A stretch of 64,000 bases of DNA, taken from assembly GCA_040285855.1 (NCBI GenBank), contig JAUFOQ010000016.1, forward strand, positions 248,001-312,000, in the 5' to 3' direction. The notes under the pieces were generated by a model that worked only from the letters and a program-made list of their open reading frames with translations, was not told the origin of the DNA and did not search any database. The translations under genes were made by a program, and so were the position numbers. Origin of the DNA: Eukaryota sp. GEM-RC1 (taxonomy: Eukaryota). Position 1 is the first letter of the stretch. Every line of letters begins with the position of its first letter. Of this stretch, positions 39,425 through 51,500 are shown piece after piece.

Positions 39425-39819
39425 GTATTATGCTCCTGTTAAATTGATGATGAATCAGTGTTGAACAAACAAAGCATGTGACCACACCATGACTACACAC
39501 ATGCATTTGTTAGATAGTGCTTTATAGAACATCAACACAATGATAACGACCAAAGTTGATGAACACACACAGATCCGCATTGACCTTTCACACTTTTGGA
39601 ATTTACAAGACAACATACTGTGGACAATATGTTAACAAATTACAGTATAGATTCAATCTAAGAACATAATTGTTACTGTTACCCCGTCACTGCAAGTGAT
39701 TAGTACGAACGTAAACATGTGGTCTAAAGTAAGAAGAACTTCATGACTGCTATTTGTAGTAGTGCAATCCTCTATTAGAAAGATATCTCTTCAAAGTGAA
39801 CACAAACTTACCTTCAACA

Positions 39820-40453
39820 ATGCGGTCCAACAAGGAACTCGTAGAGTCATTGTTAGTCCGGGATCCTGAGATCTCGAAACGTGTGGCGAATGCTATGCTT
39901 CGCATTGATAGAAAACATTTTGTCCCCAGTGATATTCTAGATAGGGCGTACATGGACATGCCACAACCTATTGGACATGGACAAACCATTTCCGCTCCAC
40001 ACATTCATGCAAGAATGATATCGGATTTAGATGAACACCTGTTTCCGGGTGCAAATGTTATGGATATAGGAACAGGATCTGGTTACGTCGCTGCCATAAT
40101 GGCCGACCTAGTTGGAGAGAAGGGACATGTGACTGCAGTGGAAACAATTGGTGAATTGACCACACAAGCACAGAGAAACCTAACGCACTATCCTCACCTT
40201 AAGGAACGTATAACCTTTGTTACAGGGGATGGTAAACTGGGATATCCACCGAATGCTCCCTATGACTGTATACATACTGGTGCAGGGGGGAAAGTACCTC
40301 AGCCGTTGATTGATCAACTGGAAACCAGGGGGCCTTCTATCAATTCCTGTACAACACCACTTTGCTCAACAGCTACAGCTCATCCACAAGAAAGAAGATG
40401 GAAAGTTAGATGTCCGACAAGGGTTGGATGTGATATTTGTTCCTCTAGTTTAG
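39820..40453 (+). CDS. PCMT1: Protein-L-isoaspartate O-methyltransferase; one extra base near 40321
   Basis: AYMDMPQPIGHGQTISAPHIHA, DIGTGSGY, GDGKLGYPPNAPYDCIH; the shifted frame continues LKPGGLLSIPV...VIFVPLV to TAG at 40451-40453. Confidence 0.92.
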
Positions 40454-41101
40454 TTTTTGTTCCTGAATAAAGTAGAGACATTCAAAGTGTTGACAATGTG
40501 AAAAATTGGTCTTTTTGTTTTTCTGAAAGCAACTTTGTACAACGATATTACATGTAAAAAATTGTCACTGGAGAGCCTTCAGTGAAGACCATAGACCATA
40601 CAGGTTAAGTCAAATCCCTTTTGCGGAATAGGAACTAATCGTAACAGCTTCATTAATTTTCCGTTTTTGAAGTTGCAGTTAGACACTGTACAATACGTAA
40701 TCTTCCTCAGGTATGAGTAAAAACTGGTGTCGAAACTGAAAGTCCTAAAATACAAGCGGCATAATTTGTACTGTACGTTTAGGCAGACGACCTTGATGGA
40801 CCGTTTTATCCGTAATTCCTGTAATAAATACACAATTAACATGTATCATATCGATAGGGCAAAACTCGTCTTTGTACTTCAACTGATTATATTTTGTGTA
40901 TAGGTTAGAACAACACTTTTCCAAAAATTTCAGAAATTCAGAAAGTTCACGGCAATCACATCAGAATCACACATTTTTATTAAAGGTGTGTGGTTAGTTG
41001 TAGACTTCGACAGTCTCTTTGAAATTATAATAAAGCTTCTGAGTACATTATTTTCATTATGCAAAAATACAGTAACATAAAAAAGAAACAAATTTGACCG
41101 A

Positions 41102-41227
41102 AATTAAATCAATTTTCACAAAGTTGTATTAAAACTGTGGTATTGTTGAGCAGGAATTTTCGGTGTCTAGTGTTTCATAGCTTTCATTATGATATGTATT
41201 TTTGTACCCTCCATCAATAAACTGTTT
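41102..41227 (+). mobile_element. 126-bp 3' fragment of a CRE-like retrotransposon
   Basis: Highly similar to the 3' end at ~61290-61412; 11-bp TSD AATTTGACCGA (41091-41101, 41228-41238); ends AATAAACTGTTT. Confidence 0.85.
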
Positions 41228-41489
41228 AATTTGACCGATATAAAAACAATTAGAGTTTATGAAAATTCTTAGTACTGTACATGTATTTGGTACCAATCTA
41301 TTCTTCCAATTTATAAGCAAATTGCACAGTACACGTACACTTGTATGAAGACTTCAGAAATAATACAGCTAATTGCTTCTGTGAACCGTATACAAACCAA
41401 AAAAAAAACATTCTAAAATGAATTCAATTCCTGGGCAATAAAGGTCAATTTGAGAGTAGCTTAGACGCCATGAAACGGAAAGTATCAAA

Positions 41490-42155
41490 CTACTCGTCAT
41501 CATCAATCAACTCTGATAGTTTGGTAAAGAAATCAGTGGCAAAGTCTTTTCTTTTGTCAGATGAAAGACTACTTAAATTGTCTGAAAAAAAGTGTGCCTG
41601 TGACATCAAAGACAACAAGGGATCAGTTTCCACGTCATCATCTGCCACGTCTTCGTTAGTCACGTCATCCTGAACAGACTCATTCTTTTCCCAAGCAACT
41701 ACTTCCAAAGACTCTAATACTACACTGCGGTCACTGGCAGCAAATACATAAGGTGAGGAAGATTGTGGGACAACAATCTCCACAAAATGATGTCGTAGTA
41801 GCTCCTCAAAGTCAGACGGCAGAGATTTGGAACAAAGAGAGATGAGAGCTAGGAATTCAGGCCGAGGTTGGACAGAAATTAGTGTTGCTACTTCTTTGAG
41901 ATTAGAAGAATCGTCAATGATGAAGATATTTGCTGGTATTGAAGAGGGAATAGAATTCTCGAAGGAGAAGTGGATGCATTGGACAGTGGCAGAGAAGTAT
42001 TTATTAGTTATTGCAAGGAGAAACATCAGAGGAGGTGAATTGTCTGCTATTTGAAGAGAAAACGTGGGACATGGGTCATTAACCAACGCAGACAAACAAG
42101 ACTTTGATGTTTCATAAGAAGATGAAACAACTGCTAAACAGTTCCGGTCACACAT
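41490..42155 (-). CDS. Alpha/gamma-adaptin-binding protein p34 (AAGAB/Irc6)-like
   Basis: ITNKYFSATV, VLESLEVVAW and C-terminal LSSDKRKDFATDFF; ATG at 42155. Confidence 0.65.
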   Translation of the reverse strand: MCDRNCLAVVSSSYETSKSCLSALVNDPCPTFSLQIADNSPPLMFLLAITNKYFSATVQCIHFSFENSIPSSIPANIFIIDDSSNLKEVATLISVQPRPEFLALISLCSKSLPSDFEELLRHHFVEIVVPQSSSPYVFAASDRSVVLESLEVVAWEKNESVQDDVTNEDVADDDVETDPLLSLMSQAHFFSDNLSSLSSDKRKDFATDFFTKLSELIDDDE

Positions 42156-42186
42156 AAGGTAGAAAATTGATTGTCCGCCAAAACTT

Positions 42187-44230
42187 ATGCCCACTCCTCC
42201 TTTAAAGCAGAAACGCCTGGGACCAAGTCCAACTGACTCGATTACAAACCTTCTTCAAGCAAAACTCTTACACCTTCAAAGATCACAACTCCTCACAGAT
42301 GGGACAATTTCCTGTCAAACCCACACATACAACTGTCATGTGAGCTATCTCTCTGCCATCAGTACTTTACTTAAACTAAAATTTCAAGTGTCACCAGATA
42401 TTACTCTCACTTTGCCTCCTTCTGTTTCTTCCTACGAATCGTTATTTGCTGTGTTTGATTGGTTCTACGGAGAACCTTTAATTCACAATGATGAAACAAA
42501 TATTATTGTTAATCAATTACAAATATGTACTTATCTTCGTGGTCCCTTTCCTAAATTCAAAATCTTCAAGGCTATATCAACCATCAAGACTGATGTAACG
42601 ATTCAATTTAAATCTAGTTCTATTCAAGCTAGTTCCTTATTCTTAATAGTATTTTCCAAATCTTTCCTTAATTTGATGACGGGAAATTGGGAAGATTCCA
42701 ACACCAGGGAATTTCATTATGAATCCCAATTTCCTGGTGTTTTAGAGGATAATTTCCGTCAGTTTTTTCAATTTTTGAAATGTCCAGCATGGAAGCCAAG
42801 TCAAGCACTGGACTTGTTCCAATTGAGCGTTTATTTTGAGGTTGAATTCTTAATACTTCAATCCAAACAGCTCCTTGCTCAGTGTCATCCTCAAGTTGCC
42901 AAGAGTCTCTTGGTGATGGCGGTGGAGAGAAACCAGTTTTTGTTTTTAAACGAAAACATTGAACTATTCAGTGAACTTAAATTTTCAGAAGAAGATGTTC
43001 CAATTATTCTAACCTCGTCTATGGTGGAATTGTTCATTTCGCATTTGTACAGTAAGCACACTTCCAACTTTTACTGGTTGTTGAGATGCGCTGTCAAAGG
43101 TTATGACAGCCCTGGGCAGTTTGTTTGTAAAATTATTCTTGCTATGGAATTGAACATCAAAATACTACGGAAAGTATTTATACTTATTTCAGCACTACTG
43201 GAAACCCATCCAGTAGACATGCTGCTCGTTTCTCTTGATGTTTTATACTCCGTCCGTGTCAATTCAGTTCCGCACCCATGGCTGATCTGGGTGTTTCTGC
43301 AGTTTTGCCTGCATTCCTTCACTGAACGTGAATGGGTACCTTTTTACAGAGATTTGGAAATCTACTGTGTAAAAAGAGTACAAGTATTCAAATTACACTG
43401 GTGCCTGTGAGTTATCAGGTATTTCTAATAATTGATGATAATGTCAATTGTCAATTTTTTTTGTTCAAATTGTTAATTGCCTCTCACTCTTCAAATGATT
43501 GGAATGAATCAAAATTTTCAGATTGTTTAGCGTCTTTATATGAAAACTGCGACGACAAAGTTGGGTTTTTAATTTTTGTAAGTGAATATGGTGAGAACAA
43601 CAGAGTATGTCAAGCACTCATTTTGATGAAATGTATTGACGTCATAAAGGTACAAAGAAATGAAATCCTTGAACGTCAGAGTGAGAAGGAAGAGTTTGAA
43701 AGGCGACTTTTGCCTGTTCTGAAAAACTTTGAAGAAGTGAAGGAAGAGAAGGAAAGAAAGAAATTCCAAAAACGAGAACTTTTTGGGACATTTGATCCAG
43801 ACTTATCAGGTAGAAATCTCGCTCTGACAGATCGTAACAGGTGTGTCACGAAGACAGCACCGTCAGGCGTCGATGAGAGCTTTGCTATCACTCATCCTTT
43901 AGACAATGAAGTTTGTGTACTCATATTTACTCGTGTGGATGATATGTCTACCTCTGGATCTGCGTGTGTCGATTTCAGAGATAGTGATGGTAATATCGTG
44001 GTATATCTTGACACCTGTGGCTCCTTTAGCTCTGGTTTTGATATCCCTCCCCGGTTTAGTGCTTTAACGACCGGGGATTCAATTGAAGTTGAATTCGACA
44101 AGCTGGAGGGTAAAGTACTTTTCAAACCTTCCACCTCAGGTGAAGTGTTTGAAATTGTGAGACTCATTAAATTGTACATTTGGTCTCACAATTGAGACAC
44201 AGGGTCATGCCTGGAGCGTCAGGGGGCTAG
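42187..44230 (+). CDS. Tandem BTB/POZ protein with coiled coil and SPRY-like C-terminus; frameshifts near 43370 and 44160, end approximate
   Basis: TDGTI..YNCHVSYLSAIS..FDWFYG and TDVTI..FSKSFLNLMTGNWEDS..LSVYFEVEFL; C-terminal FDPDLSGRNLALTDRNRCVTK. Confidence 0.75.
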
Positions 44231-46442
44231 ACTCCACTGGTTTAGTATTCCAAAGGTCTCCTTTTTCCAAATGATGGATAAGGTAATTGAAGAAGAGGCT
44301 TCTAAAGAGTAGTTAGTTGATGAAGTATATTAAATTTATTGCCTAATCAAATAAAATATAAAAAGGATTCTTTCTGGTCTGAAACCGGTGTTTACAACAA
44401 GTCTTTGTAAATTCAAATGTCTGACATTATATTGGCAAACACTCTGTGCAGACTAAGAAAAATCAAAAAACCGAGGTGAAGCAAGGGCTGTCAAAAAATT
44501 GAACCGTAAATATATTTTGCGATAGGACTAAACGATATATTACTTTTCGTAATCTTATGTATACAAATACAGTTTATAAATGTAATAAATTAAGAACAAT
44601 TAGAATTTGATATCATTAAAACAACACGCCTTAATCTCAAATGTTACAGCTGATTTCCGTATTCAACCAAAACCATACATTAATGACCATAAAAATCATA
44701 AATCAATTTCCGTCAATTACTGTTATGCCAGAATATGACGTTGTTGAAGCGAATGATTGTTGTGATCTATATCTAACATGTATACCAGGGATAGGAAAAA
44801 ATATATTGCAATAAATATTTCATAGAAAATCGGTTCCAATAAATATCAACTGAAAGCAGAATATTGCAATAAATATATTGCGTCTCTGAAGTGATGCAAT
44901 AATTATCTACAATATACTGCAATATAATGGTTTGAAAAGTGTCCCATATTTGGTTCATCTTTCAATGAATTTCAATCCATAATTGACAATCAATTTGAGC
45001 AAATGTGTTGTTATTGGTCGTGTGGATGACACTGTTTTGCATGAAGGTGTTGCTATTCCTTTTATCAATTATTCTTCTGATTGTATCAAGTTTCTTGGAA
45101 ACTTTATTGGCAATTCCTCTCAAATTGTGAGTATGCTGGAGAAGAAGATTGATTCTCTTGATCAAAAGTTCAGAAATGTGTTAGATTTGAATGTAGGTAA
45201 ACAAGTATCCTTTGCCACTTTGCAAGTTTGTTTTGCAGGTAAAGTCAATCATTTTTTACGTGGGTTACCTCCTGAGCTTACGGTAGACCTTTCTCGTCGT
45301 TTTAACGCTCTGAGAACAGAGTTTTTGTCAGAGCTGGTAGAGTCGAAAAAGCTTTCTATTCATCGTCATTCATTTGCTGCTGTGAGATTTGGTGGAATTG
45401 GTTTTCCAAAGCTCGTTATATGCGTGAAGGTGCCTTTTTAGGATGTTTGAAGAATCTGCATTTGTATGAATTTAAGTTACGTTATCCCTTACTTTGGTCT
45501 AATGAAGATCTCATTCGATATTCGCCTTGTCAATGGCTTATATCACTTCAAAATCTTGTAGATGGTATGAACCCTGATGTTTGGGAATCCTTGTTCCCTG
45601 CATCTGTGACGGAAACACCTCAACGTACGCTTTTTTCCCTTCCTCTTGGTGTTAGAAAATTTCAGAAGAAATTTGTATCTTTCCATGAGAGCTTGGACTA
45701 TACTAACTGCATTAGCTTGGCTAAAGTTAAAAGTCCCGCTTTCTGTGCATTTTTACAAGACATGAGTAGTGATTCAGCATCTACTTTCATTACTCAATTG
45801 CCAGGGAGATTTATTTTTAATCTAAAAGATCATGAATGGCTTGTTAACATGAGACTTCGTTTAGGTTTTTGGCCATTTGGTTTGTTACAGAACAGCACGT
45901 GTATCTGTAAAAACCAACATAAGGCTAGCTTTCATCATTTGGTCAATTGTTCAAAGTTCATATATTGTCGTTCAATTTTGCACAACAGTCTTCGAGATAC
46001 ATGTTTGGAAATGTTTAAGGCGAATGGTTTCCATGGTAAAGTCGAACCATTACTTTCTCATCTTTCAGATCACCCTGATTCTACTCAGAAACGTGGTGAT
46101 TTTATTGGCCCTTGGTTGTCATGCCAAGAAATTGTTGTTGATTTTACGACCGTTGATCCTTGCAAAGCTTCAGCTATTGCCAACATTTTGAATCCCTCAA
46201 ATGATCCGCTGAAAGACGCTGAGAACGCCAAAGTGTCTAAGTACGGACATCAAGTTGCTGCATTGAATTCACGAAGACACAATAATATCGTCTTTCAGCC
46301 TTTTGCAGTTTCATTGTACGGAAATTTCGGTTCTTCTACCAAGGAGTTTTTAAGTTTATTTGAAAATTTGTGTTCAGAATTTGGCAAGAAGTTTAACAGA
46401 TCGTACTGGAAGAGTAAATTTGCTTTTTCGATTTTTAGGTCT

Positions 46443-46517
46443 TGTTAGTACTGGTACAGTACCCTCAAAATAAATTTACTTTTCCTTTCCACATGTCATC
46501 TAGATACCTAGACAACA
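46443..46517 (+). repeat. 5' LTR (75 bp)
   Basis: TGTTAGTACTGG...CCTAGACAACA, identical to 53082-53156; AATAAA at 46469-46474. Confidence 0.97.
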
Positions 46518-48509
46518 ATAATTATTGTGTCCCATGTGGTGCTGCGCCTTGCGTGAAGGTTCCCCCTCACTCACCCAACTCGCAGGACCCCACAATGAGC
46601 CGCTTCTTCAGAGAAGGTCCCGCCCTTCGAGGAATGGTTACATCCCCTTCAGAAGGTCCCGCCCTTCAAGGTTCTTCTTCTTTAGAAGGTTCCGCCCTTC
46701 AAGACTCCTCTTCTGTTGAAGGTTCTGCCCTTCCAGATCCCTCCCTTTCAGAAGGTCCCGCCCTTCAAGGATTGACTTCTCCAGAAGGTCCCATCCTTCA
46801 GGATTCAGTTTCCGCACCAGGTTCCGCCCTGCAGAATTCTGTATCTGCAACTTCCCCTCTTCCAGAGACGGTTCAGATAACAGCTCCTCCGGTGATCATC
46901 ACCATCGAGGATTCACCTTCCACGGTGATTTCTGCACAAACAGGTAGTCGGAGTAGTACACCTCCCACGGTCACTACTATCGAAGACTCACCCCCTGCGA
47001 CGACAAGTCCATCCTTTGAGAGGATTAGGTCCATGTTCGACTCTAAGCCAAAAGCTAAGAACACCCCTTTTCCTTCTCTGAACATTGAGGAGACAACCAC
47101 TCCCTCCGTAACTCCCTTGGTTCCACCAGGAGGGTTTACATTCCCGGAACGAGGCTCAGTCCCCCTTCCAACTATAAAGCCTTTGCCCAAAGCCACTCGT
47201 AAGAGTCATTCCAAAAAAGTCTCAGGTGGGTCCCATCCCTACTCCAAAGACGTCTAAACCGCCAGTTCCGGATATCAATCCGACTCGTGGTCATAGAGTA
47301 GCTAAACAACCAGTCATTCCCACCGTGGATCCTGATTTGGAAGATTTAGTTCCTTATGACGTCCCTGATGATGAAGAGTCTAGACAGCCGCCTCCTGTAG
47401 GCCCAGCTGACCATTCTCAACCCCCGCCGTCAAGGCCTACTGGACAGGAGTTCCAACCTCCATCTATAATTCCCGTTCAAGGGTTTATACCAGTTAGATC
47501 TTCCAAGACGGGTTCTTCTGAATTATTTCAGGCCCTACCTGGTCCTTACCAACAAGGGTTAACTGACGAAGAACTAAAACTAGCCGATCGTAGAATGTTC
47601 CAAGTCGGTCGACAACAGGCATATGATTTCCTATATGGCAGAAGAACGGTTATTGAGACCCCAGATCTCAGAAATCGATTCCCCAGACCAGCTTTGGCAG
47701 CCATAAGAGTCATTCGCCACATGTTTAATGACGAGGTCCCACCCCTAGAAGGAACATTTACGATCCTGGATGATCAACGCAAACCACACTCCATCCTAAT
47801 GGACCCGAGCGAACCCGAATCACTAATCCCTATTAGAAAATGCTGGGAAATCGTTCAGGATGTGCGCACTGCTCATCTATTCACCAAGAATGGTACTCTA
47901 CAGTCGAAACCAGTCACCTCTCTATCTTCCAAAGAGTCCGAGAGATCCACAACGGCTATCGACGAAGTGGTCATCCAACCCACTGCCCTCAAACATAGAG
48001 CTCGAGTTGAACATGAAGCAGAACTCGCTCGTAGAGCGCAATCAAATCCGATCCCTAAAATGAAGGAAGTTTCCTAACCCTCATTCCCTGCCGATCAACA
48101 ACTTCCCAATTCACATGACGATGTTCTTTCTATAAGAGATCTCACCGAGACTCTTAGCTCATCGTCCATATCGGATTCATCTGGCATTCCGTCTCCCATG
48201 GCCAGGTCAGCTTCCAATCCGATAGAAGAATCCCCCGCATCCGAATCATTATCACACTCAGTGGTGACGTTTCAACAGAAGTTTCCTGTTGAGTCGTTAA
48301 AGAACTCGAAACTGCAACCAAAAATGCTCGAGAACCTAAAACCAGATGCGATAATCGATTTCGTAACCGATTACCTCCAGTGGAGCATTATGGATCCCGA
48401 TCATAAAGCCCCTATTGGAGCCCCCTTTCGGTTGGCCTCGTCATTTTTTTTGACTTGGTACGAACTGCGGCCAAGACAGCTGACCCAAAATACGTGCAAC
48501 GTTTCGTGA
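46493..48509 (+). CDS. Long Pro/Ser/Thr-rich N-terminal Gag extension; frameshift near 47215 and in-frame TAA at 48075-48077
   Basis: Contiguous ORFs 46442..47257, 47226..48077 and 48198..48509; the last two share a frame and are separated by a single stop. Confidence 0.6.
46613..46850 (+). repeat. About 7 tandem, mostly 33-nt, coding repeats (EG[P/S]ALQxxxxx)
   Basis: GAAGGT(C/T)CCGCCCTTC core repeated. Confidence 0.9.
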
Positions 48510-51500
48510 AATTCAACATCCAGACCCAACTGTCGATGTCACGTGAATGGAACGGCACCACCCCTCTGCAACTTTGGATTGCGTTGCTCAGACGTACGCA
48601 GTATACAGATGTTACTGTTGCGCTCAATGAGCTTAACAAAATCAAAATGAAATGGTCGATCAACGACCCTGAGGAAAGATGGGGCGATTACATCAATAGA
48701 TTACATCGCGTTCTCCAAAGAACACAAGCTATCCTACCAAAAAACGAAAAAGTTATGACTGCTTTATCTGACAAAGCCATAATCAAAGCCATCCTGGCTA
48801 ATCTTGGAATAGTCTCCATTTGGCTTGATCTCTGGCCAGCATATCAGGACTCCAATGATATTCAAATGCTTTTCTATCAAGTGAAACAACAATACGACAA
48901 TTGGTGTGAACGATGGAAATCGTCAGCAGCATCTGTTCAGAATGAACAGCGTATTGCCGAGATCGCCAATCTCAGAGATACAGCCACCTGGGAAGAACTC
49001 CCCAAATCCTGGACCTCTAGACCTCTCATCCCCGTTCAATCAGAACCTGGGAAATCCCGAAGAACCTCTTCTAGTGTGAAACACATGAAGAAGTCCCGTT
49101 CTGAAGAAAAAGACCCCAACGCCTGTAGATTTTGTGGCGAAAAGGGCCATTCCATCCTCCAATGCCCGGATCCCGAATGTAAACGTAGTGAGCTTCCTTT
49201 AGATCAACGTAATGCAAAGAGTACCGCCTCAAAACCATCTCGTAGTCATAGTAAGAACCACTCATCCAATAAAAAATCTAAATATTTCAATGCAAATTCA
49301 GTACATATTAACAGCCTTGTAGATATATCTGATAACATCACATCTAATCAATCAAATCCCATTTTGATTGAATCCAATCAATTCTTAAACCCATTGAGCA
49401 ACATCAGTTCCGCCAATGGTAATACGAACTCACAAAGCCTGAATTCCATATTCAGCATAAGTAGTCAGAACCCACTCCCTCTTCTCAGCTGCAAACTGAT
49501 GATTAACGGAATTCCGGTTCAAGGTTTTTGGGACAGTGGAGCAACCATGTCCGTCATCACACAAGACCTGGCTACGAAGTGCAACATGACGCCTGTCAAC
49601 AAAAATGTTCGCTTCACCTCTGCAAACAATGTCGAGTCCCGGTCCTTGGGTAGCGCCCAGGGCATCTTGACCTTCGATACCAGTAGTATCGCGTACCTGA
49701 CACATGTGGATAAGACGTTACCAATAATACCTGGATCCAACAAACTATTATTGGGAATCGATCTGATGAAACAGTTAGGACTACTGACCGAAGACGGACT
49801 AGTCATCCGGATTGACAAGGCCATCCTGGCCACCGTGAACGATGAGTCTGAGTTCGACTCACGTATCATACAACCTCCCCGTAGCCATTCTATTGATAAC
49901 ATTGTAGACTTTAATAAACATGTATTCGATTCAGGTTGCACTATCAAACTAGATGATGATAACAGAGCTAAGAGCTTATTGAGCCTGCTCCAGGAGTTTT
50001 CCTCAATATTCTCGACAGCTCCTCACAAAGACGGCATCGATTGTCCTCCCATGGCGATCGACTTCTACAATGAAGAGTCCACTGTGAGACGGAAACCTCG
50101 ACGGCTCAATCCAATGAAACAGCGGGTTGCCGAAGAGATTTTCGATGAACTTGTCCGACAGGACTTTGCTGAGTTAACAACTCCCAACGGACAGTTCAGT
50201 TCACCGGTAGTACTGGTGGTCTATCCCGATCAACGTAAGCCCCGCCTTACGGGAGACTTCAGTGGTTCCGATGGAATCAACGCATTGACCCGAGTTGTCG
50301 AACCGAATCTTCCAAAGATCACCGACATCTTGGAATTTCTGAGTGAAGCTAACTTCATAGCAACCTTGGATCTTCCTAAAGCCTTCTGGCAATTGAACCT
50401 CGCAGAAAAGGACAGAGACAAGACAACTCTGGTAATCCCTGGCAAAGCCATCCGATTTAAAAGAGCTTGTTTTGGACTCAAGAACGTCCCTGCGATATTT
50501 CAAAATTTGATGTATGAAATATTCGACCATGAGGGCATATTCATTTACATCGATGACATCATCATAGTAGGCCGTACATTCGAAGAATTTATGAGCCGAA
50601 TACGATTCGTTCTGACTAAAGCATTAACACGTAGAGTCAACCTTGGCCTACCCAAATGCAATTTTGTGACAAAGAAACACCCACTAAAGATCTTGGGCAG
50701 TAAGTTCGTTAACAATACACGCAGTATTGACCCGTCGCGTATCACAGCTCTCCTAGAGTTGCCCGTACCAACAACAATCAAAGAAGTTCGTAGCTTCGTG
50801 GGTTCGATTAACTACATAAAAGACTTTATTCCAGGTGCGTCAGACCTTCTGGCTCCAATCATAAACTTAGTCAAGAACAACGCTCGTTCAGTAAAATGGA
50901 CACCTCTCCATCAATCTAATTTCGAGACAATCAGAAATAAGATCATCAATCACATGCCTCTCAGTCTACCAGACAGGGATCATCGCGTGCTGATCAGTGC
51001 AGACGCCAGTGATATCGCCGTAGGTGGTGTCATTTGGCAGGAAATACCTCCTAACGCACAAGATGGAACTCCTTTGAACAACAGGAAAGTTATCCCACTA
51101 GCTTTCTACAGCAAACTCCTAACGGAATCTCAACAAAACTGGGCAACAATTCAGAAAGAGTTGTACGCTATTGTTCTGATCCTAACGGAATCCCCCATGT
51201 CATCATTCCTCCTAAGCAGGGATCTAACCATCTTTACAGATCATAGAAACCTAGCTTTCCTCATCTCAGCACCCGAGAAAAACAGAGTAGTCAAGCGTTG
51301 GATACCTATCCTAAGCGAATTCCAATTCTCAGTGATCCACACCGTTGGAGCAGACAACTACTGGGCAGACATGTTATCTCGAAACATTGAAACCTCTCAA
51401 CCCGAAAACATAAACCTAGTCACATCTTGCCCCGAGCCGATGTTCTCTAGGATCGATGGACTATGTCGTACTGATGACGATATGGAATATCAATCACTGA

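Noticed and set aside
48075..48077. TAA reassigned to an amino acid (variant genetic code)
   Set aside because: WDR55, PWP1 and MAD2 end in TAA at their expected C-termini, and long host ORFs have no in-frame TAA.
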